A stretch of DNA of 64,000 bases, taken from positions 416,001 through 480,000 of the forward strand of contig CAWGAA010000003.1 of the NCBI GenBank assembly GCA_963820525.1, given 5' to 3'. This document shows positions 38,653 through 48,933 of this stretch, piece after piece (positions within the stretch are counted from its first letter, which is position 1; the number at the start of each line of letters is the position of its first letter). The translations under genes and the position numbers were made by a program. The stretch is from an uncultured Spirochaetota bacterium (GTDB lineage Bacteria; Spirochaetota; Spirochaetia; SZUA-6; Fen-1364). Under the pieces are notes generated by a model. That model had not been told where the DNA came from and searched no databases. It saw only the letters and a list, made by a program, of their open reading frames with translations.

Positions 38653-41600
38653 GTGAAACATCGCGCTTCATTAGCCGCTATCCTCTTCCTGCTGGCCTGC
38701 CGAATCGCCGGCGCTCAGGCCCAAGACAGCCTCACCGTGCGGGCCCAGGGGCAGGCCGTGTTTCCGATTCTGGAAGACGCGGCGATCTACACCATCGGCT
38801 ACGGCGGGTCGCTCTCCCTCGATTATTCCCTTTTTCCGTTTTTCTCCCCCTTCTTCCGCGTCGACTGGCTGAACGAGACCCCGCGGTCCTTGTCCACGCT
38901 CACCGTCGCGGGGACGGGACTCGGAGTCGATTTTTCCTTCACCCCCCTGGAACGGTTGGTCCTCCGGCTGGACGGGATGGGGGGCTACTATGCCGCGTTT
39001 TTCCGGGACATCAACGTCTCGAGCTTCTATATCGGGGGAAACGCGGAAGTGGGTTTCCGTATCTCCCCCTTCCTCACCCTTTCCGCATCGGGCGGCGTCT
39101 CGCGCTTCTTTGGCAAGAGCCAGCCGCTTCTCACCGCGGCCACCGCCGGACTGTCGGCCGCCTTTCACCTCAGCGGCCTTGGAGCAAGCCGGGTCCAGAT
39201 CGCTGTCGGGCGCATCGAACGCCTCTTCCCCGTGTTCTACTCCTATTACGACGACCATCCCTTCGGGTCCGCGATCATCTCCAACAAAGAGGAAGCCGAG
39301 ATACGCGACGTGCGCGTGTCGCTTTCCATGGCGCAATACATGGCGCAGCCCAAGCTGTGCGCGCAGGCGGACTCCCTGGCGCAGGGCCGCTCGATGGAGG
39401 TCCCCCTCTACGCCATCCTCAGCGACGCGGTGCTTTCGCTCACGGAAAACACGAAAGCGCAGTGCGAGATCATCGTGGACTACACCCTCTTCGGCTCCGC
39501 GCGGCAGGCGCGGGCATCCGCGGTGCTGGAGTTCTATCACCGCAACGCGATGAGCTGGGACGACGACCGCAAGGCGGCCGCCTTCGTCTCTCCCACGGAT
39601 CCTGCGGCGCTGTGGTTCGCGCGCTTCACCGGCAGGGTCGCTCAGGAGCGGATGAGGGTCGATATCGACCGAAACCTCCAGCTCGCGATGGGGCTGTTCG
39701 AAGCGGAGAGGCTCTACGGAATCAACTACGTCGTGGACCCCTCCAGCTCGTATGTCGAAAAATCGGCCAAGGACGACGCGGTGGACTACCTTCAGTATCC
39801 CCATCAGACCCTGTTCTACAGGGGCGGGGACTGTGACGATCTCTCCATCCTCTTTGCGGCACTTTTAGAGTCCGTCGGCGTCAGAACCGCCTTCATCACC
39901 ATTCCCGGCCACATCTACATGGCGTTCTCCCTCAGTGTGCCCGAGCAGGAGGCCCGGGAGGGAATTTTCGACCCCGCTCTCTTGATCTCCTACGGAGGAC
40001 AGGCCTGGGTGCCCGTGGAGATAACCATGGTGAAGGAGGGTTTCGTCAAGGCGTGGCGCATCGGCGCCAAGGAATGGGCGGATAACGTCAAGACGGGCCA
40101 AGCCCGGTTCTACCCCATGCGGGATTCCTGGAAGCTCTACGCGCCCGTGGGAATTCCCGACGTCAACCCGCGCTTCACGCTTCCCGATGAAAAGGACGTC
40201 GCACAGGCGTTTGACGATTCCGTGAACCGCTACGTGGCAAGGGAAATCGAGCAGGAGCTTGCGCTGTTCCTTGCCGCCCACCAGGGAGCGGATTCTCCCG
40301 AAACCGCAAACGAGCTGGGAACGATCTACGGCAGGCACGGCATGTTGAAGGAGGCCTGGACGCATTTCTCCCGGTCCGCCGGCTCGCGCAACGCGCGCGC
40401 CGCGGCCAACCTCGGCAACGTCGCGTTCCTGCGCGCGGACTACCAGACGGCCCTTACCCACTACCAGGAGGCTCTCTCCATCGATCCTGCGAACGCGGTG
40501 GCGCTTCTCGGCATCTCCCGCAGCCACTACGAGTTGGAACGCTTCGAGGAATCCGAAGAAGCGTACAGAGAGCTGCGCGCTCAGGAGCCCGAGCTTGCCT
40601 CCCGCTACGGCTACCTTGTTTCGATACTGAGCGGGCAAGGGAGAGCAAGGACCTTCTCAGAGCGGCTCTATTCGATCGTATGGGATTCGCCTTCCCGTCG
40701 CATCGCTCAGGCGCCTCGCGCGCCGGCAGCTCAGGCTCCCTCTCGTGTACCGATAGCTCAGGTCCCTTCTCCCGCGCCGGCAGCTCAGGCGGCCGCCCCG
40801 AAGACCGCTGAAACTGGCGCCGTCCCAGCAGCCGCCCCAGCGACCGCGCAGCCTATTCCTCCCGCAGCCGCTCAAGGGACGGTGCCCGAGAATGCCTCAG
40901 CTACCGCTGCGGCTGCTCCCGTGACCGCGCCTGTTTCTACCCCAGTGCCACAAGCTGCGCCCGAGACTGCCCCTGCCGCTGTAGCTGCCCCGGTGACTAC
41001 GCCCGCTGCCTCAGCTCCCTCTCCTGCGCCTGAGACCGCCCCAGCGAGCGCCCCTCAAGCAGCCCCAGTTGCTACTACGGCTGCTCCCGTGACCCCGCCT
41101 GTCTCTACCCCGGCGCCACAATCTGCGCCCGAGACTGTCCCTGCTGCTGTAGCTGCTCCCGCACAGTCTGCGCCCGAGCCCATTCCGGCTCCCCAGTCCG
41201 CGCCAGCGCCAACGCGCGAGCCAACGTCTGCATCCACATCGGCGCCGAATAAAACAGCGCCCGAACCCGCGCCTCTCGCGGCGCCGGGCGAAAAAGAACC
41301 GGCAACGGAATCCGCACCGGCGCCCAAACCTTTGGCGCCTCTGGAGCCGCCGCAGGCGCCCGCATCCAAGGGACAATCCCCCGCAAGCCCGAAGCCGGCC
41401 GGACAAATCCCCGCGGCCACCGCCACCCTCCTGGAGGGATTCAGTACCGCAATTCCAGTGGTTGGCAGATGGCGGTTGAGCGAGGAAACGGCCCGCCAGT
41501 ACGACGGCAAATCCCTTTTCGCCAAGCTGGTGGTCCCGCTTTTTCAGGCGGCCAAGCCCGTCCGCTATTCCTTCAGCGCCCGCTCAGACGGATCCGGATG

Positions 41601-41979
41601 GGTCGGATTCGGGCTGCACATTTTCGTTGATCAGCCCGCCGCGCGGTGGAGCTACGGATCGGGGAAATCGCTCCTGGTCTGGTTCACGAGCGATCCCGAG
41701 AGCTACGGAGACGAGCGGACGCGCCTTCAGCTCTATCGCTCCGAGAACGACATCGATATGCGCTTGCTGCGGGAAACGATCGTGCCCGAGTCGATTTTCA
41801 AGACCAACACCGTCTCCATCGACATGGACCCGAAAATGGGCACGCTCATCGTTCTCGTCAATGGAAAAGAGCGTCTCCGATGTTCAGGCTTCAAGGACAT
41901 CGCAGACGGCGCGAGCATGGTCTTTCGCGCCCTGGACAGGGCGACTTTCCAGAGCTTTCGCGTGGAGGAACTCCGATGA
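38653..41979 (+). CDS. Exported protein: transglutaminase-like domain, TPRs, Pro/Ala linker, C-terminal beta-sandwich
   Basis: Paralogue of the upstream gene; GDCDDL...IPGHIY...WVPVE putative Cys-His-Glu triad; ~230-aa PAT-rich linker. Confidence 0.78.
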   Translation: MKHRASLAAILFLLACRIAGAQAQDSLTVRAQGQAVFPILEDAAIYTIGYGGSLSLDYSLFPFFSPFFRVDWLNETPRSLSTLTVAGTGLGVDFSFTPLERLVLRLDGMGGYYAAFFRDINVSSFYIGGNAEVGFRISPFLTLSASGGVSRFFGKSQPLLTAATAGLSAAFHLSGLGASRVQIAVGRIERLFPVFYSYYDDHPFGSAIISNKEEAEIRDVRVSLSMAQYMAQPKLCAQADSLAQGRSMEVPLYAILSDAVLSLTENTKAQCEIIVDYTLFGSARQARASAVLEFYHRNAMSWDDDRKAAAFVSPTDPAALWFARFTGRVAQERMRVDIDRNLQLAMGLFEAERLYGINYVVDPSSSYVEKSAKDDAVDYLQYPHQTLFYRGGDCDDLSILFAALLESVGVRTAFITIPGHIYMAFSLSVPEQEAREGIFDPALLISYGGQAWVPVEITMVKEGFVKAWRIGAKEWADNVKTGQARFYPMRDSWKLYAPVGIPDVNPRFTLPDEKDVAQAFDDSVNRYVAREIEQELALFLAAHQGADSPETANELGTIYGRHGMLKEAWTHFSRSAGSRNARAAANLGNVAFLRADYQTALTHYQEALSIDPANAVALLGISRSHYELERFEESEEAYRELRAQEPELASRYGYLVSILSGQGRARTFSERLYSIVWDSPSRRIAQAPRAPAAQAPSRVPIAQVPSPAPAAQAAAPKTAETGAVPAAAPATAQPIPPAAAQGTVPENASATAAAAPVTAPVSTPVPQAAPETAPAAVAAPVTTPAASAPSPAPETAPASAPQAAPVATTAAPVTPPVSTPAPQSAPETVPAAVAAPAQSAPEPIPAPQSAPAPTREPTSASTSAPNKTAPEPAPLAAPGEKEPATESAPAPKPLAPLEPPQAPASKGQSPASPKPAGQIPAATATLLEGFSTAIPVVGRWRLSEETARQYDGKSLFAKLVVPLFQAAKPVRYSFSARSDGSGWVGFGLHIFVDQPAARWSYGSGKSLLVWFTSDPESYGDERTRLQLYRSENDIDMRLLRETIVPESIFKTNTVSIDMDPKMGTLIVLVNGKERLRCSGFKDIADGASMVFRALDRATFQSFRVEELR

Positions 41980-44900
41980 TCGAACGAAGGATCGCCGGCA
42001 CCAACAATCAACCCTCCCGGTGTGCTTCATGGCGAATGGCGCTCAGTGCGGCGCTTGCCTGCGCCGCCCTGGCGGTCCTTTCAGGCTGCCCAGATCCATC
42101 CAAGGACATTGATCTGAAAAAACTGATAGAAGACGACGTACACGCCGCCAACGCAGATATAGTCACGGTGAGGGTGGAGCCCGAGAACGACTCCGAGGGA
42201 AGCACAACCCCGTTTCCCACCTACGACGCTAAAGTCGGCATCCCTTTCTCCATTTACACGACGGTAAATGCCGATTACGCATTCATAAGGTGGGAGCAAA
42301 CAGGGGGAAACGGAGAAGTCGTATTCGAAGACGCGACAAAGACCGAAACAAAGGCCACGGTTAAAAAGAAGGCGGACAATATCGTCATTACGGCAACATT
42401 CGACGCGCGGCCGTATGTCGCCGGCATGCTACCGACGGGAAACGGTGTTATGCGCAACCAGCCCATTCGAATCGAGTTTTCCGAGTTGATCGATAGCACT
42501 ACGCTCTCTCTGGATACCACGGGGACGGGGTCCGGCACGATCAGCGTCAAAGCGAGAAGCCGTGATGTGCTCAACCCCCAGTCCGCTGTTTCCATCGCAG
42601 ATATTATTTCCTTCACCATCACTCAAGAGCCAGCGGGTTCATCCCCGACTTTCACTGCGGTGAACCTTGACGTGAAAAGCGGACAACAGCTTCCCGGACA
42701 GAACTTCATCACCGTGACCGTCCGAAAGAACGTCAGCGACATCGCGGGCAACATCATGAAGCAGGATGTCTCCTGGGAGTTCATTACTGGAAACAGCGTA
42801 GATGAAAATCCGCCCGTCATCAATTCATTTTGGATCATGCAGGGCGGCGCGACGCTTGCTGCCGATGGAAAGACGAAGTCACGGATGCTGACTCTGAACT
42901 TCGAGGCCGCCGATGACGGCATCATGGAAACGATCCATGTCGTGGAAACTCATGTGACCGACATGGACGGCACCCCCATTTCGAGGCAGCCGGTGCCAAC
43001 TGACCTCGACTACGCGAAGTCTACGATATACAGCCTCGCGACAACGGGTGACGGCAGGAAAAATATCACAGTTACCATCCTTGATACGTTCCGCCATGTA
43101 AGCGCGTCCAAAAGCCAGGACATCATTCTTGACACAACGGGGCCGGTGGCCTCGGCCTTTTCAGCGGAGTGCGGAGCATGGACCAACCTGGACTCCGTGC
43201 TGATCCATCAGACCGTGTCCGACGGCGGCACTCTGGGAAGCGCCGTGTCGAACATCTCGGCGAGCTTCTCCATCAACGGGGGCGTAAGCTGGCAGGCATG
43301 GCAGCCCGTGGTTGCCGTTCAATCCATTGCTATTTCAGGGACCGGAGCCGTCATCGTCGCGAAGTACCGCGACGAGTTGGGAAACGAGACGGCGTCTTCG
43401 GCATACCCCTCCGTGACGGTATCCCGTGATGTCGCGGCTCCCACAATTTCTTCCGTGCGGATCAATGCAGGCGCGCTCTACGCCACCGCCACGGCGGTGA
43501 GCCTCTCCATCACGGCGGTTGATAGCGGGGGAAGCGGCCTTGCCTCGTATCGCCTGGCCGAGACTTCGGATTTCAGCGGCTCCACCGCTCTTGATTGGGC
43601 TGCATGGACGTCGACGCCGTCGTTCACTCTCACATCAGGCGACGGACCCAAGACGGTATACGTTCAAGTGAGGGACGCCGCTGGCAACCTGGCCGCCGGC
43701 AGCGGCGGGATCACGCTGGATCTCACACCTCCCGTCATTTCCTCATTCCAGATCGCGGGCAGCGCGTCATACACCAGCAGCGCGGCGGTGAGCGTTTCGC
43801 TCAGCGCAGCCGACGGAACCGGGAGCGGAATATCGGGCTACCAGCTAAAACAGGGCACTCCGCCGACCGATGCGGACGGATGGACGAGTTGGGACGGCGC
43901 AGCCATCACTCCATCCTTCACGTTGAGCGGCACGGACGGAGCGAAGACCGTTTACGTCCGCGTCAAGGACGCCGCGGGAAGGGTTTCCTCAAGCTCTGAC
44001 GACGTGATTCTGGATACATGTGGACCTGCCATTTCCGCCTTCAGCGTGGCCAGTGGCGCGGCCTTCAGCGCGCCGGCAACGACCGTGAGCATAACAGCCT
44101 CCGACGCCGGGGTGGGAGTGTCGGCCTACCAGCTGAAGCAGGGCTCGATGCCCACGGATGCCGACGGCTGGACGAACTGGACGGGGGGAACCATCTCCCC
44201 CGCGTTCACGCTGAGCGGCGCCGACGGCATGAAAACGGTGTACGTCAGGGTCAAGGATTCCCTGAACAACATCAGCACAAGCTCGGACGGCGTCACGCTG
44301 GACGGCACGGCGCCCACAATCACGGACTTCAGGATCTTGGCGGGAGCGGCCTTTGCGGCGGCCTCCACGACGCTCAATGTCGCCGCTTCCGACGCCGGCT
44401 CCGGAGTGTCGGCCTATCAGGTGAAGCAGGACACGGCGCCCACCGATGCGGACGGCTGGACCGTCTGGACGGGCGCGGCAATTATCCCCGCATTCTCTCT
44501 CACGGGTGCGGACGGTTCGAAAACGGTGTACCTGCGGGTGAAAGACGGTGTTGGTAACATCAAAACGGGCCAGGACGATATAACCCTCGATGCCACCGGT
44601 CCTACGATAAGCACTTTCTCCGTCGCAGGTGCGGCGTCATATTGCGTTACTCCCACAACGCTGGATATTGCGGCGTCGGATGGCAGTGGAGTCGGGGTTT
44701 CGGCCTATCAGGTGAAACAGGGCTCGATGCCCACGGACGCCGACGGCTGGACCAGTTGGACCGGGGCCGCAATCTCCCCCGCGTTCTCGCTGAGCGGCGT
44801 GGACGGCCTGAAGACAGTATACATAAGGGCAAAAGACTCGCTGAACAACGTCAGCACAAGCTCGGACGACGTGACGCTGGACACCACGGCCCCGGGCATA

Positions 44901-47900
44901 ACGACGTTCAGGGTAGCAGGTGGGGCGGCCTGGGCGCCGCTATCCACCACGGTAGACATCACGGCCTCCGACGCCGGGGTGGGAGTGTCGGCCTACCAGG
45001 TGAAGCAGGGCTCGATGCCCACCGATGCCGACGGGTGGACGAACTGGACGGGCGGAACCATCTCCCCCGCGTTCACTCTCAGCGGCGCCGACGGCGGCAC
45101 GACTGTGTACCTGCGGGTGAAAGACTCCCTTGGCCACATTGGGACCGCGCAGGACGACGTGACGCTGGACGGGACGCTGCCGGACATAACGACGTTCAGC
45201 ATAGCGGGTGGGGCGAACTACTGCGTTGCCGACACGACGCTAGACATCACGGCCTCCGACGCCGGCTCCGGAGTGGCGGCCTACCAGGTGAAGCAGGGCT
45301 CGATGCCCACCGATGCCGACGGGTGGACGAACTGGACGGGGGGAACCATCTCCCCCGCGTTCACTCTCAGCGGCGCCGACGGCAATACGACGGTGTACCT
45401 GCGGGTGAAAGACACGGTGGGCAACATCATGACGGCGCAGGACTCCGTGTATCGCGACACCACGGCCCCGGGCATAACGACGTTCAGGGTAGCGGGTGGG
45501 GCGAACTACTGCGTTGCCGACACGACCCTAGACATCACGGCCTCCGACGCCGGGGTGGGAGTGTCGGCCTACCAGGTGAAGCAGGGCTCGATGCCCACCG
45601 ACGCCGACGGGTGGACGAACTGGACGGGGGGAACCATCTCCCCCGCGTTCACTCTCAGCGGCGCCGACGGCGGCACGACGGTGTACCTGCGGGTGAAAGA
45701 CTCCTTTGACCACATCGGGACGGCACAGGACAACGTGACGCTGGACACCACGGCGCCGGGCATAACGACGTTCAGGGTAGCGGGTGGGGCGGCCTGGGCG
45801 CCGCTATCCACCACGGTAGACATCACGGCCTCCGACGCCGGGGTGGGAGTGTCGGCCTACCAGGTGAAGCAGGGCTCGATGCCCACCGATGCCGACGGGT
45901 GGACGAACTGGACGGGCGGAACCATCTCCCCCGCGTTCACTCTCAGCGGCGCCGACGGCGGCACGACTGTGTACCTGCGGGTGAAAGACTCCCTTGGCCA
46001 CATTGGGACCGCGCAGGACGACGTGACGCTGGACGGCACGCTGCCGGACATAACGACGTTCAGCATAGCGGGTGGGGCGGCCTGGGCGCCGCTATCCACG
46101 ACGGTAGACATCACGGCCTCCGACGCCGGGGTGGGAGTGTCGGCCTACCAGGTGAAGCAGGGCTCGATGCCCACCGATGCCGACGGGTGGACGAACTGGA
46201 CGGGCGGAACCATCTCCCCCGCGTTCACTCTGACCGGCGCCGACGGCAATACGACGGTGTACCTGCGGGTGAAAGACACGGTGGGCAACATCATGACGGC
46301 GCAGGACTCCGTGTATCGCGACACCACGGCCCCGGGCATAACGACGTTCAGGGTAGCGGGTGGGGCGAACTACTGCGTTGCCGACACGACGGTAGACATC
46401 ACGGCCTCCGACGCCGGGGTGGGAGTGTCGGCCTACCAGGTGAAGCAGGGTGCCTGGCCCACCGATGCCGACGGGTGGACGAACTGGACGGGGGGAACCA
46501 TCTCCCCCGCGTTCACTCTCAGCGGCGCCGACGGCGGCACGACGGTGTACCTGCGGGTGAAAGACTCCCTTGACCACGTCGGGACGGCACAGGACGACGT
46601 GACGCTGGACACCGCGGCGCCGGGCATAACGACGTTCAGGGTAGCGGGTGGGGCGGCCTGGGCGCCGCTATCCACGACGGTTGACATCACGGCCTCCGAC
46701 GCCGGGGTGGGAGTGACGGCCTATCAGGTGAAGCAGGGCTCGATGCCCACCGATGCCGACGGGTGGACGAACTGGACGGGCGGAACCATCTCCCCCGCGT
46801 TCACTCTCAGCGGCGCCGACGGCGGCACGACGGTGTACCTGCGGGTGAAAGACTCCCTTGACCACATTGGGACCACGCAGGACGACGTGACGCTGGATGG
46901 GACGCAGCCGGACATAACGACGTTCAGCATAGCGGGTGGGGCGAACTACTGCGTTGCCGACACGACCCTTGACATCACGGCCTCCGACGCCGGGGTGGGA
47001 GTGTCGGCCTACCAGGTGAAGCAGGGCTCGATGCCCACCGATGCCGACGGGTGGACGAACTGGACGGGCGGAACCATCTCCCCCGCGTTCACTCTCAGCG
47101 GCACCGACGGCAATACGACGGTGTACCTGCGGGTGAAAGACACGGTGGGCAACATCAGGACGGCGCAGGACTCCGTGTATCGCGACACCACGGCCCCGGG
47201 CATAACGACGTTCAGGGTAGCGGGTGGGGCGAACTACTGCGTTGCCGACACGACCCTTGACATCACGGCCTCCGACGCCGGGGTGGGAGTGACGGCCTAC
47301 CAGGTGAAGCAGGGCTCGATGCCCACCGACGCCGACGGGTGGACGAACTGGACGGGCGGAACCATCTCCCCCGCGTTCACTCTCAGCGGCGCCGACGGCG
47401 GCACGACGGTGTACCTGCGGGTGAAAGACTCCCTTGACCACATCGGGACGGCGCAGGACGACGTGACGCTGGACACCGCGGCGCCGGGCATAACGACGTT
47501 CAGGGTAGCGGGTGGGGCGGCCTGGGCGCCGCTATCCACGACGGTTGACATCACGGCCTCCGACGCCGGGGTGGGAGTGTCGGCCTACCAGGTGAAGCAG
47601 GGCTCGATGCCCACCGACGCCGACGGGTGGACGAACTGGACGGGGGGAAGCATCTCCCCCGCGTTCACTCTCAGCGGCGCCGACGGCGGCACGACGGTGT
47701 ACCTGCGGGTGAAAGACTCCCTTGACCACATCGGGACCGCGCAGGACGACGTGACGCTGGACAGCACGGCTCCGGAAGTTGTCACCGCAACCTTTAATGT
47801 GAGCGCGGCCTTAGAGCTCAATGCAGATTTTACTGAAGCCGGCTCGGGGCTCGATCTGGGTACGGATAAGGTAATTTATTGGAGAACCTCAAGCCCTGCG

Positions 47901-48749
47901 ACTAAATATTATGCAACAGCAGCCTTAGCAGACAGCGACACATTTACGGCAACCCTCAGCAGTGTCAACTGGAGTTTTACATTTACCATACAAGATAATG
48001 TGGGCAACGTTGGCACGCAGCGTTCGTTCACCAAGAGCGGAAGTAGTACCTATACGCTGGATACGTTGGGCGGCGGTTCCTCGCCTGCCGGGGCGGTCTT
48101 GGGGATAATATCCGCTACAGTTCAACCCCCCGCTGCGGCAAGGAACCAGAGCACGGCACCGCAGGAACGCTTGGCGGCATCGCGCGCGCGTCCAGCGGCG
48201 CAGCCGCTCACGCAAGCAGCGCCACTGAGCGCTCAAGCTGCCCCGATTCTTCCCATGGTGACTCCCGCTCCAATCGCTTCGCCCGAGCGGAACGAAGCTC
48301 CCGTTTATCAGCCCACCACGGCTTCAAAGCGGGAAAAGAGCGTCGTGGAGAGAAACGGCACGACCGCAATATCTCCTATGGTCGCGGAGTCTTCGCCTGA
48401 ACCGCCTCAGAAAACGGATATCGGAACCGAACCCGACAGGCCCGGCAAGGAATACGTTCAACGGGACAAGGCAGCGCACCCGGCGGCGGCGCCGCAGGCA
48501 AGCGCCCCGATGACGGCACAGCAGGCAAGCCTGCCGGTGACGGAACCCGTCCGCGAGGCTGCCGGACAGGCCGCCAGAACGGTATCGGTCACGCAGGCGC
48601 CGAACAATCCACTGCCGTCAAACAACGAAAGGGACGACGGCAACTCGAAGCCCGTTCCTCGGCAGAACCTGTGGATTCCTCAGGAAACTCCCAGGCGGAA
48701 GAGAAAAATGGACGATGAAGAATGGAGTTCGCCGGGCTCCTTGACGTGA
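41976..48749 (+). CDS. Giant surface lipoprotein with tandem Ig-like ~96-aa repeats (putative adhesin), 2257 aa
   Basis: ATGA-coupled start 41976; lipobox-like LAVLSG-C; Big_5-like PYV...IRIEFSE domain; DxxxP...KTVY.RVKD repeats. Confidence 0.85.
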   Translation: MIERRIAGTNNQPSRCASWRMALSAALACAALAVLSGCPDPSKDIDLKKLIEDDVHAANADIVTVRVEPENDSEGSTTPFPTYDAKVGIPFSIYTTVNADYAFIRWEQTGGNGEVVFEDATKTETKATVKKKADNIVITATFDARPYVAGMLPTGNGVMRNQPIRIEFSELIDSTTLSLDTTGTGSGTISVKARSRDVLNPQSAVSIADIISFTITQEPAGSSPTFTAVNLDVKSGQQLPGQNFITVTVRKNVSDIAGNIMKQDVSWEFITGNSVDENPPVINSFWIMQGGATLAADGKTKSRMLTLNFEAADDGIMETIHVVETHVTDMDGTPISRQPVPTDLDYAKSTIYSLATTGDGRKNITVTILDTFRHVSASKSQDIILDTTGPVASAFSAECGAWTNLDSVLIHQTVSDGGTLGSAVSNISASFSINGGVSWQAWQPVVAVQSIAISGTGAVIVAKYRDELGNETASSAYPSVTVSRDVAAPTISSVRINAGALYATATAVSLSITAVDSGGSGLASYRLAETSDFSGSTALDWAAWTSTPSFTLTSGDGPKTVYVQVRDAAGNLAAGSGGITLDLTPPVISSFQIAGSASYTSSAAVSVSLSAADGTGSGISGYQLKQGTPPTDADGWTSWDGAAITPSFTLSGTDGAKTVYVRVKDAAGRVSSSSDDVILDTCGPAISAFSVASGAAFSAPATTVSITASDAGVGVSAYQLKQGSMPTDADGWTNWTGGTISPAFTLSGADGMKTVYVRVKDSLNNISTSSDGVTLDGTAPTITDFRILAGAAFAAASTTLNVAASDAGSGVSAYQVKQDTAPTDADGWTVWTGAAIIPAFSLTGADGSKTVYLRVKDGVGNIKTGQDDITLDATGPTISTFSVAGAASYCVTPTTLDIAASDGSGVGVSAYQVKQGSMPTDADGWTSWTGAAISPAFSLSGVDGLKTVYIRAKDSLNNVSTSSDDVTLDTTAPGITTFRVAGGAAWAPLSTTVDITASDAGVGVSAYQVKQGSMPTDADGWTNWTGGTISPAFTLSGADGGTTVYLRVKDSLGHIGTAQDDVTLDGTLPDITTFSIAGGANYCVADTTLDITASDAGSGVAAYQVKQGSMPTDADGWTNWTGGTISPAFTLSGADGNTTVYLRVKDTVGNIMTAQDSVYRDTTAPGITTFRVAGGANYCVADTTLDITASDAGVGVSAYQVKQGSMPTDADGWTNWTGGTISPAFTLSGADGGTTVYLRVKDSFDHIGTAQDNVTLDTTAPGITTFRVAGGAAWAPLSTTVDITASDAGVGVSAYQVKQGSMPTDADGWTNWTGGTISPAFTLSGADGGTTVYLRVKDSLGHIGTAQDDVTLDGTLPDITTFSIAGGAAWAPLSTTVDITASDAGVGVSAYQVKQGSMPTDADGWTNWTGGTISPAFTLTGADGNTTVYLRVKDTVGNIMTAQDSVYRDTTAPGITTFRVAGGANYCVADTTVDITASDAGVGVSAYQVKQGAWPTDADGWTNWTGGTISPAFTLSGADGGTTVYLRVKDSLDHVGTAQDDVTLDTAAPGITTFRVAGGAAWAPLSTTVDITASDAGVGVTAYQVKQGSMPTDADGWTNWTGGTISPAFTLSGADGGTTVYLRVKDSLDHIGTTQDDVTLDGTQPDITTFSIAGGANYCVADTTLDITASDAGVGVSAYQVKQGSMPTDADGWTNWTGGTISPAFTLSGTDGNTTVYLRVKDTVGNIRTAQDSVYRDTTAPGITTFRVAGGANYCVADTTLDITASDAGVGVTAYQVKQGSMPTDADGWTNWTGGTISPAFTLSGADGGTTVYLRVKDSLDHIGTAQDDVTLDTAAPGITTFRVAGGAAWAPLSTTVDITASDAGVGVSAYQVKQGSMPTDADGWTNWTGGSISPAFTLSGADGGTTVYLRVKDSLDHIGTAQDDVTLDSTAPEVVTATFNVSAALELNADFTEAGSGLDLGTDKVIYWRTSSPATKYYATAALADSDTFTATLSSVNWSFTFTIQDNVGNVGTQRSFTKSGSSTYTLDTLGGGSSPAGAVLGIISATVQPPAAARNQSTAPQERLAASRARPAAQPLTQAAPLSAQAAPILPMVTPAPIASPERNEAPVYQPTTASKREKSVVERNGTTAISPMVAESSPEPPQKTDIGTEPDRPGKEYVQRDKAAHPAAAPQASAPMTAQQASLPVTEPVREAAGQAARTVSVTQAPNNPLPSNNERDDGNSKPVPRQNLWIPQETPRRKRKMDDEEWSSPGSLT
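43428..47759 (+). repeat. Intragenic tandem array, ~15 units; 10 near-identical 288-bp units at 44880-47759
   Basis: ACGGCCTCCGACGCCGG recurs every 288 bp from 44961 to 47553; YQ(V/L)KQ..PTDADGW occurs 14 times. Confidence 0.95.
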
Positions 48750-48933
48750 GCGCCTCGAACTCTTCGGCGACAAGGGCGCGGTGAGCGCGTCGACCTCCAG
48801 GGGAGTCTTTTTCACGACCCGCCGGCGCCGGCCGGCTGTGTGTCGGGCTTCGCGACGGAGCCGACCCTTCTTGGACACTGCCCGAGGTGGGGGATCTGCT
48901 CGTAGTGGGGGGCTACGGCGCGCATGGACGGCG

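Noticed and set aside
41646..41975. Upstream 110-aa extension of the giant protein
   Set aside because: It overlaps the preceding gene; ATG 41976 gives ATGA coupling and places the lipoprotein-type signal near the N-terminus.
44880..47759. Regular repeat array as CRISPR
   Set aside because: Units are 288 bp, in frame and contiguous, with no unique spacers and no cas genes.
48750..48930. Possible oxidoreductase remnant (RLELFGDKGA) at the right edge of the insert
   Set aside because: Too short to support without a database search.
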